A program made the position numbers and the translations under genes. A model generated the notes under the pieces. It saw only the letters and a program-made list of their open reading frames with translations, was not told the DNA's origin and did no database searches. From an uncultured virus (IMG/VR IMGVR_UViG_3300043469_001223) (taxonomy: Duplodnaviria; Heunggongvirae; Uroviricota; Caudoviricetes), in the IMG/VR virus record IMGVR_UViG_3300043469_001223: DNA of 20,000 bases; one strand, given 5' to 3'. Below, in pieces: positions 14,847 to 20,000 of this stretch (position 1 is the first letter of the stretch; each line of letters starts with the position of its first letter).

Positions 14847-14993
14847 TTTTGAGATAGACGTTGAAGTAGAGTCCCTTGTGCGCTAGGTCCCTATTCTTGA
14901 GACTGACACACCAGTAGCAACACAAGGTAGTTTAAACTCCTTCATACGAGACAAGCCAGTGAGTCCTTGAGAAAGATAGCTGGTCTCTCAAAA
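14847..14993 (+). ncRNA. Unidentified structured RNA
   Basis: TTTTGAGA/TCTCAAAA ends; TGAAG..GAGT/ACTC..CTTCA; CCTTGTG/CACAAGG; CCAG/CTGG. Confidence 0.5.
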
Positions 14994-15001
14994 ACCTATT
15001 T

Positions 15002-15079
15002 GCCCCTGTAGCCCAATTGGTAGCAGGCAACAGTCTTAAACATTGTCAAGTACCGGTTCGAATCCGGTCAGGGGTACCA
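15002..15079 (+). tRNA. tRNA with UAA (Leu) anticodon but short variable loop
   Basis: ACAGT-CTTAAAC-ATTGT, ACCA. Confidence 0.78.
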
Positions 15080-15085
15080 AACAAT

Positions 15086-15175
15086 AGTGAGTTGCCAGAG
15101 AGGCCTATTGGCGCATCTTGGAAAGGTGATGGTTCCGTAAGGGGCACGAGAGTTCGAATCTCTCACTCACTGCCA
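15086..15175 (+). tRNA. tRNA-Ser(GGA)
   Basis: Loop TTGGAAA, long variable arm, GCCA. Confidence 0.9.
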
Positions 15176-15176
15176 C

Positions 15177-15251
15177 ACCGCTTTCGTATAATGGATAATA
15201 CGGCAGGCTTCTACCCTGCGAATATGGGTTCGATTCCTGTAGGCGGTACCA
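15177..15251 (+). tRNA. tRNA-Arg(UCU)
   Basis: Loop CTTCTAC, ACCA. Confidence 0.9.
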
Positions 15252-15256
15252 CATAT

Positions 15257-15331
15257 CGGTCTTTGGTGAAATGGATATCATCTCGGTCTTCGAAACCGAG
15301 GGTGGGAGTTCGATCCTCTCAAGACCGGCCA
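15257..15331 (+). tRNA. tRNA-Arg(UCG)
   Basis: Loop CTTCGAA, GCCA. Confidence 0.9.
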
Positions 15332-15334
15332 TAT

Positions 15335-15409
15335 CTCGCTATAGTACAATGGATAGTACGGGGTCCTCCTAAGACTTAAATGTAGGTTCGATTCCTACTG
15401 GCGGGACCA
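15335..15409 (+). tRNA. tRNA-Arg(CCU)
   Basis: Loop CTCCTAA, ACCA. Confidence 0.9.
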
Positions 15410-15449
15410 AGTTTTATATACAGTTAATGATAAATATTTGTTTACTATT

Positions 15450-16940
15450 ATGAATGTTATTATTATACAAACAATTAGCGATTATCGGGGCGCCGCTCCT
15501 AGATCAATTGGGGGTCACCAATTAGCTTGGTATTTAAGACTCTTTGGTTATACAGTACAGGTTATAAATTATTCTGAACCAATTTTTACATTGGATAAAG
15601 TAAATGCACTGTTTGAAAAATTTGTAACAGATGAAACCAAAGTTATAGGCCTTGGAGGAATTTTATTAGAAGCTAACGATGTATTCTTTTCTATATTCAG
15701 TTCAGCAATTAAACAACTTAAAACAAAACATCCAAATTTAAAAATAATAGCCGGTGGCCCATCTGTTGGTATAATTAAAGGAAAATTAAAAAAAACACTT
15801 GATTATTATTTTACAGGTCATGCTGAAAATACAATGTTACAATTTTGCAATTGGATTTTTAAAAAAGGTCCACAGCCATTTGTCGAAATAGGTGCAGACG
15901 GTTACAAAATTGTAAAAGAATCTTCGTATCAAAGTAATGAAGGATTTTCAATTGAGCAGTGTAATTTTAGGTGGCATGACAGTGATGCTATACAGCCAAA
16001 TGAAGCATTGCCGTTAGAAACAACCAGGGGATGCATTTTTAAGTGTAAATTCTGTCAATATCCGTTAATTGGAAAAAATAAAAAAGATTTCCTTAAACCG
16101 ATGGAAAATATAAGAGATGAGTTACTTGACAATTACGAAAGATTTGGAACAACGAATTATTATATTTTAGACGATACATTTAATGCAGACACCGAAAGAT
16201 TGGAAGAATTTGCCAAAATGGTATCATCCTTACCTTTTAAAATTAAATATGCAACTTATTTAAGATTAGATTTAATTGAGGCTCATCGTCATACTGAAGA
16301 TATGTTATTGGAAAGCGGTCTTTATGGAGCTTTTTTTGGAATAGAAAGTTTTAATAAAGATGCATCTGCTTTGGTAGGAAAGGCATTTAGCGGAAAAAAA
16401 GCCAAAGACTATTTGCCTCATTTGTTACAGGACAGATGGCAGGGAAAAGTAAAAGAACATCTTAGTTTTATCGCAGGCATTCCTCCAGAAACATTAGATG
16501 ATTTAAAAGAAACTCATAACTGGTGTGTCGATAATAAAATAACATCCTGGAAAATAATTCCCTTATTACTTAATAAACCTGATACTTCGGTATTCACTAG
16601 TGAGTTTGAACGTAATGCAGAAAAATATGGATTTGAAATAATACAGGTATTGCCCGAGTCTTACGCTATTGGTAAGCGTCTCTGGAGACAAACTTGGTGG
16701 AAGCATTCATCAGGTCTTACATTTTTAGATGTAGTAAAATGGACAAATTTGCTAACTGAAAGCGCGGCCCCGCATGTTAAAAGAGGCGGCTGGAACGCAG
16801 TTGAAGTCCTACAATTTGGATACACTGTTGAAGAAATAGATAGACTGCGATGGGGCGAATACAACTTAGACAATGAATGGCAAAATAGAGTTCACTTGTT
16901 TGTACAAACGTATTATAATGATCTCATGTCTCTAAAATAA
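15450..16940 (+). CDS. B12-binding-domain-type radical SAM protein
   Basis: KIIAGGP..GHAE N-domain, ETTRGCIFKCKFC, YILDDTFN, FFGIES; ATG at 15450 after ATAAATA. Confidence 0.88.
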   Translation: MNVIIIQTISDYRGAAPRSIGGHQLAWYLRLFGYTVQVINYSEPIFTLDKVNALFEKFVTDETKVIGLGGILLEANDVFFSIFSSAIKQLKTKHPNLKIIAGGPSVGIIKGKLKKTLDYYFTGHAENTMLQFCNWIFKKGPQPFVEIGADGYKIVKESSYQSNEGFSIEQCNFRWHDSDAIQPNEALPLETTRGCIFKCKFCQYPLIGKNKKDFLKPMENIRDELLDNYERFGTTNYYILDDTFNADTERLEEFAKMVSSLPFKIKYATYLRLDLIEAHRHTEDMLLESGLYGAFFGIESFNKDASALVGKAFSGKKAKDYLPHLLQDRWQGKVKEHLSFIAGIPPETLDDLKETHNWCVDNKITSWKIIPLLLNKPDTSVFTSEFERNAEKYGFEIIQVLPESYAIGKRLWRQTWWKHSSGLTFLDVVKWTNLLTESAAPHVKRGGWNAVEVLQFGYTVEEIDRLRWGEYNLDNEWQNRVHLFVQTYYNDLMSLK

Positions 16941-16976
16941 ACATTTAGATTTGATTCCTAGTGATAACACAAAAAT

Positions 16977-17050
16977 GCTCTTGTAGTACAATGGTAGTAC
17001 ACTGTCTTGGTACGACAGCAATCAAAGTTCGATTCTTTGCTTGAGCACCA
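16977..17050 (+). tRNA. tRNA-Thr(GGU)
   Basis: Loop TTGGTAC, ACCA. Confidence 0.85.
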
Positions 17051-17070
17051 AAAATATTTTTAAATACCTG

Positions 17071-17139
17071 TTGACACACACTGAGAAAGACAGTATAATT
17101 TATACATACGCTGCTAATAACAGCACTGTTCTTTAAAAA
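17071..17139 (+). promoter_or_regulatory. Sigma70 promoter with downstream hairpin and boxA-like site
   Basis: TTGACA-17-TATAAT (17071-17099); GCTG/CAGC hairpin; TGTTCTTTAAAAA (17127-17139). Confidence 0.78.
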
Positions 17140-17156
17140 TGTAAAGTTAGTATTTT

Positions 17157-17240
17157 GCGAGAGTGGAGAAATGGTATACTCAGCAGACTTAAAATCTGCC
17201 GCCGAAAGGCATACGGGTTCGAGTCCCGTCTCTCGCACCA
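17157..17240 (+). tRNA. tRNA-Leu(UAA)
   Basis: Loop CTTAAAA, variable arm, ACCA. Confidence 0.92.
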
Positions 17241-17360
17241 TTAATTGAATCCTTTGCAAGCACAGAGGTTTGATCATACGTTATGTAACCTATTCAATAA
17301 ACCGTCAACTCGAGTAAAGCGTGTTGAGGATAGGCATATAGTGTAGAGGATTCAACTAAT
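17241..17360 (+). ncRNA. Unidentified structured RNA
   Basis: TTGAATCCTTTGCA/TGTAGAGGATTCAA closing stem; CCTATTC/GGATAGG inside. Confidence 0.5.
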
Positions 17361-17368
17361 GGAAATTT

Positions 17369-17458
17369 GGTGCGGTCCTATAATGGTATTAGAGCGGATT
17401 GCTAATCCGTCGCTCGGCGTAATCCGGGTTCTGAGTTCGAGTCTCAGTCGCACCGCCA
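17369..17458 (+). tRNA. tRNA-Ser(GCU)
   Basis: Loop TTGCTAA, long variable arm, GCCA. Confidence 0.9.
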
Positions 17459-17467
17459 AACATACAT

Positions 17468-17559
17468 GCCAGCGAGACTTGGTAGTCAGAGAGGCCTTAT
17501 AGACCTTTTAGCGCCAGATTAGCGTTCTTGAGAGGGTTCGATCCCCTCCGCTGGTACCA
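17468..17559 (+). tRNA. Atypical tRNA with UAU anticodon, mini D-arm and long variable arm
   Basis: GCCAGCG/CGCTGGT-ACCA, GACT-TGGT-AGTC, loop CTTATAG, AGCGC/GCGTT arm. Confidence 0.7.
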
Positions 17560-17568
17560 ATGATTGAT

Positions 17569-17645
17569 GCGCCTATAGCTCAGTTGGTCAGAGCAGAGGA
17601 CTCATAATCCTTTGGTCCTAGGTTCAAGTCCTAGTGGGCGCACCA
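17569..17645 (+). tRNA. tRNA-CAU (probably Ile2)
   Basis: Loop CTCATAA, ileX-like body, ACCA. Confidence 0.85.
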
Positions 17646-17662
17646 AGTTATTAAAATAGAGG

Positions 17663-17691
17663 TTGACAGGATTATAAATATCCTGTATAAT
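17663..17691 (+). promoter_or_regulatory. Sigma70 promoter with nested TATAAATA late promoter
   Basis: TTGACA-GGAT-TATAAATA-TCCTG-TATAAT. Confidence 0.8.
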
Positions 17692-17699
17692 AAAAATTT

Positions 17700-17783
17700 G
17701 CCCCGGTGGTGTAATGGTAGCCACGCTGGTCTTAGAAGCCAGTGCCGAGAGGCGTGTCGGTTCGAGTCCGACCTGGGGCACCA
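17700..17783 (+). tRNA. tRNA-Leu(UAG)
   Basis: Loop CTTAGAA, variable arm, ACCA. Confidence 0.92.
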
Positions 17784-17866
17784 TATTAAAACACATACAG
17801 ATCCGCCCTCTAGTAGGGGAGATAGCGACTAGCGTTGAAGGACTGTTTAAATGTGTTTTAATATGG
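17781..17866 (+). ncRNA. Stem-enclosed RNA
   Basis: Perfect 16-bp CCATATTAAAACACAT/ATGTGTTTTAATATGG. Confidence 0.55.
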
Positions 17867-17939
17867 GCTGATAGTGATAATGGGAGCACAGTGGCTTTGC
17901 AAGCCTCGGGTGGGAGTTCGATCCTCCCTCGGTCCACCA
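17865..17939 (+). tRNA. tRNA-Ala(UGC)
   Basis: Loop TTTGCAA, G3-U70, ACCA. Confidence 0.88.
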
Positions 17940-17960
17940 TAAAATTTTTTAAGGAATAAA

Positions 17961-18134
17961 ATGAGAGCAAGAACAGGTTCAACTTTTAGGTTGAGTAAAA
18001 GAGCAAAGACTATGATAGCATTGATGAGTTTTAAGAACGATCAAGACCGTCATGGATTCAAAAATGCAATGATAGATGCTCAAGTGGCTGCGAACATTGT
18101 TCCGCGATCCTCTAAAGAGCGAGACGCAAAGTAA
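17961..18134 (+). CDS. Hypothetical 57-aa basic protein
   Basis: AAGGA SD; MRARTGSTFRLSKRAKTMIALMSFKNDQDRHGFKNAMIDAQVAANIVPRSSKERDAK. Confidence 0.7.
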   Translation: MRARTGSTFRLSKRAKTMIALMSFKNDQDRHGFKNAMIDAQVAANIVPRSSKERDAK

Positions 18135-18141
18135 AGTATAT

Positions 18142-18217
18142 TCCCTGGTAGCTCAGCGGTAGTAGCAGCAGACTGTTAATCTGTTGGTCGCAAGTTCGAT
18201 CCTTGCCCGGGGAGCCA
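18142..18217 (+). tRNA. tRNA-Asn(GUU)
   Basis: Loop CTGTTAA, GCCA. Confidence 0.92.
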
Positions 18218-18244
18218 AATTTTTTAAACCAACGAAAGTAATAG

Positions 18245-18475
18245 ATGATTAAAGTTATTAAAGTTCCCTTTTCTCCACAGAACATCGACACAGACAAATG
18301 TGTCGAAGCCGTGGGCAATAGATTTGATCTAGTTCTGATTGCCAGTGCTCGAGTTCGCGAACTGCGACGTGGACATGCTAAACAAGTTAGCGGAACCAAC
18401 AGTGCCACTATTACTGCCTTGCAAGAAATTGAAGCAGGTAAAATTGGTAGAGAGTATCTTAAAAAGGTTCGGTAA
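18245..18475 (+). CDS. rpoZ: RNA polymerase omega subunit homologue
   Basis: VGNRFDLVLIASARVREL..TALQEIEAGKI matches the omega signature. Confidence 0.88.
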   Translation: MIKVIKVPFSPQNIDTDKCVEAVGNRFDLVLIASARVRELRRGHAKQVSGTNSATITALQEIEAGKIGREYLKKVR

Positions 18476-18741
18476 TGTCAAAAGGTTCAAGAGCTCGTCC
18501 GTTTAGCGTTAGCCAGAATACATTTGCTAACAACTATGACGCTATTTTTGGAAAGAAAGATATGCAAGTAAGAGTACAAGAAAATGCAGATGAGATTGGA
18601 AAATGCGGTTGTGGTCGTAGTCCGACTGGTAAGTGTGTCGGTTGGCATGGTCTAACAGAAGCTGACTTTCAATCAAAGCTAGCATCATATCTAGCAGATG
18701 AACAGTCAAAGAATGTAAGTGATTCCACTCAGGGCGGTTAA
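18475..18741 (+). CDS. Small protein with CDGSH-type Fe-S motif
   Basis: CGCGRSPTGKCVGWH; TAATG overlap with rpoZ. Confidence 0.7.
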   Translation: MSKGSRARPFSVSQNTFANNYDAIFGKKDMQVRVQENADEIGKCGCGRSPTGKCVGWHGLTEADFQSKLASYLADEQSKNVSDSTQGG

Positions 18742-18750
18742 ATATATTGC

Positions 18751-18825
18751 GCCCTGTTAGCACAGTGGCAATGCGCCGCTCTTGTAAAGCGGAGATCGTC
18801 TGTTCGATTCAGACACGGGGCACCA
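18751..18825 (+). tRNA. tRNA-Thr(UGU)
   Basis: Loop CTTGTAA, ACCA. Confidence 0.88.
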
Positions 18826-18831
18826 AGTTTT

Positions 18832-18894
18832 TAGGTTAATTACAGCTATCAAAAATATGGCGACTGCTAGGTCATTAAACTAGTATTAACCTGT
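18832..18894 (+). ncRNA. TAGG/CAGCAA family RNA, copy E (CT-GCT-A loop)
   Basis: TAGGTTAAT..CAGCTA..ATGGC-GACTGCTAG-GTCAT..ATTAACCTG. Confidence 0.65.
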
Positions 18895-18900
18895 TGAAAA

Positions 18901-19102
18901 CCCGTCTTACTATTTCTACGTAACGAAATAGCGTCTCTGTAACGATAGACCAGAGGGTACACTAGGACCTGACCTCACAGTCCCTATTTAAGGGATACTG
19001 GAAACTGCCTAGGGTGAGGATTAACAGCCTTTCCAGAAGAAGAAAATGTTATGGACGTAGCAACAGACCAGTTTAGGGCTCATGTGGTGTGAGTAGCTAG
19101 AC
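18901..19102 (+). ncRNA. Unidentified pseudoknot-rich RNA region
   Basis: Crossing pairings CTAGG/CCTAG, CCTCAC/GTGAGG, CTGGAAA/TTTCCAG plus flanking hairpins. Confidence 0.5.
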
Positions 19103-19211
19103 ACTTTATTGAAACGCATTGTGGAGAGCACTGTGTAGATTGGGAAGGTTTGATTCCGACTCACTACATCACTCGGTATCCTGCGGCCGCAACAGTGTGT
19201 TTCAATAAGGT
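19103..19211 (+). ncRNA. Stem-enclosed RNA with T-loop-like hairpin
   Basis: TTATTGAAACGCATTGT/ACAGTGTGTTTCAATAA; GG-TTTGATT-CC. Confidence 0.55.
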
Positions 19212-19212
19212 A

Positions 19213-19335
19213 ACTTTATTAAAATATATTCTTTGTCTACGTAGCCCAAACCCGGGGGAGCCTTGCAAAGGAAATGTGCCTAGCACACGGTACAACAAGC
19301 ATAAGACACTTGTTGGGAGTATGTTTTAATAAAGT
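19213..19335 (+). ncRNA. Stem-enclosed multi-hairpin RNA
   Basis: ACTTTATTAAAATATATTC/GAGTATGTTTTAATAAAGT; CC-TTGCAAA-GG inside. Confidence 0.55.
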
Positions 19336-19337
19336 AT

Positions 19338-19411
19338 GCGGGGTTCGTATAGTGGTAATACCTGAGCCTTCCAAGCTCATGCTGAGAGTTCGATTCTCTT
19401 ACCCCGCTCCA
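19338..19411 (+). tRNA. tRNA-Gly(UCC)
   Basis: Loop CTTCCAA, TCCA. Confidence 0.9.
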
Positions 19412-19418
19412 TATTTTT

Positions 19419-19494
19419 GCCTGGTTGCGCAGAGAGGTTATGCATCTCCTTTACACGGAGAACGATGTCAGTTCGAGTCTGACACCAGGTACCA
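19419..19494 (+). tRNA. tRNA-Val(UAC)
   Basis: Loop TTTACAC, ACCA. Confidence 0.88.
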
Positions 19495-19501
19495 TTTAAA
19501 T

Positions 19502-19579
19502 CGGAATGTAGCGCAGTCTGGTTAGCGCATCGCGTTTGGGACGCGAGGGTCGTAGGTTCGAATCCTACTATTCCGACCA
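19502..19579 (+). tRNA. tRNA-Pro(UGG)
   Basis: Loop TTTGGGA, ACCA. Confidence 0.92.
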
Positions 19580-19646
19580 TAAATACAAGAAAGAATTCAC
19601 CATGGCACACGGTGTATAATAGGATAAGTAGTGTGGCAAAGAATAT

Positions 19647-19720
19647 AGCGGGCAGGGCGGCCACCACTCCAGTCTCATAAGCTCGGAGCATCCCAGGTTC
19701 AAATCCTGGGCCCGCATCCA
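19647..19720 (+). tRNA. Atypical tRNA-CAU (initiator-like 1-72 mismatch, reduced D-arm)
   Basis: AGCGGGC/GCCCGCA-TCCA, loop CTCATAA, GGTTCAAATCC. Confidence 0.7.
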
Positions 19721-19724
19721 ATTT

Positions 19725-19842
19725 TAGGATACATGCAGCAACGTCTTAAATGACATGTTGGTTCGATTCCAACTCCACGCTTTTGCGTAGATCGCTCAAT
19801 GGTAGAGCAATGGCTTCCAAGCCATCGAAAAAGGTATCCTGT
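19725..19842 (+). ncRNA. TAGG/CAGCAA family RNA, copy F, containing circularly permuted tRNA-Gly-like domain
   Basis: TAGGATAC..CAGCAA..T-arm, looped acceptor stem, D-arm, anticodon arm..GTATCCTG. Confidence 0.72.
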
Positions 19843-19976
19843 TTTATTTTGTTATTCCGGACGCCCTGAAAGGGGAGGTGGTATCGAGCAGTGCGGCAGT
19901 ATAGCTGCCATGGCGTCGTGAGGTTGTAGAACAATAAACTGATAAAATCTACAATATAACAAATGGTTTGACCATT

Positions 19977-20000
19977 TAGGTTCTTTTCAGCAATCTTATT
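19977..20000 (+). ncRNA. TAGG/CAGCAA family RNA, copy G (cut by window end)
   Basis: TAGGTTCTTTT-CAGCAA with the same spacing as other copies. Confidence 0.5.

Noticed and set aside
17800..17822. Amber-suppressor (CUA) anticodon loop and stop-codon recoding
   Set aside because: CTCTAGT is not closed by a proper stem, and genes read intact in the standard code.
10750..19934. ORF-track entries overlapping tRNAs on either strand (e.g. 10750-11064, 12294-12533, 15017-15379, 17602-17982, 19377-19721)
   Set aside because: Shadows of tRNA and structured RNA genes; no SD or protein motifs.
19850..19937. Further structured RNA (GACGCC/GGCGTC, GGCAG/CTGCC)
   Set aside because: Plausible but too little evidence to define boundaries or class.
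11322..20000. CRISPR array reading of the TAGG/CAGCAA repeats
   Set aside because: Copies are dispersed, covary rather than repeat exactly, and no cas genes are present.

Overview
Segment of a large (jumbo-type, T4-like) tailed phage genome, standard genetic code. Bases 1-10076 are protein-coding: a discoidin/curlin-repeat protein, two small basic proteins behind a TATAAATA late promoter, a CHASE2 class III nucleotide cyclase, a minus-strand operon of four small genes, and a modification cluster (methyltransferase, double glycosyltransferase, radical SAM, two 2OG-Fe(II) oxygenases, SDR). Bases ~10100-20000 are a plus-strand array of about 45 tRNA and tRNA-like genes covering all 20 amino acids, driven by near-perfect sigma70 promoters and interrupted by a PD-(D/E)XK endonuclease, a B12-type radical SAM gene, rpoZ and a CDGSH-type gene. 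The most unusual signals are in the array: (1) a leader-peptide attenuator at its head whose 48-codon peptide contains all 20 amino acids; (2) a MKRSGKR mini-ORF coupled to mutually exclusive hairpins that sequester the 5' end of tRNA-Lys; (3) a seven-copy small-RNA family (TAGG-stem + CAGC(A/T)A) displaying different anticodon stem-loops, one copy holding a circularly permuted tRNA-Gly; (4) a second family of stem-enclosed tRNA-fragment RNAs. All RNA folds were read by eye and functions are inferred.
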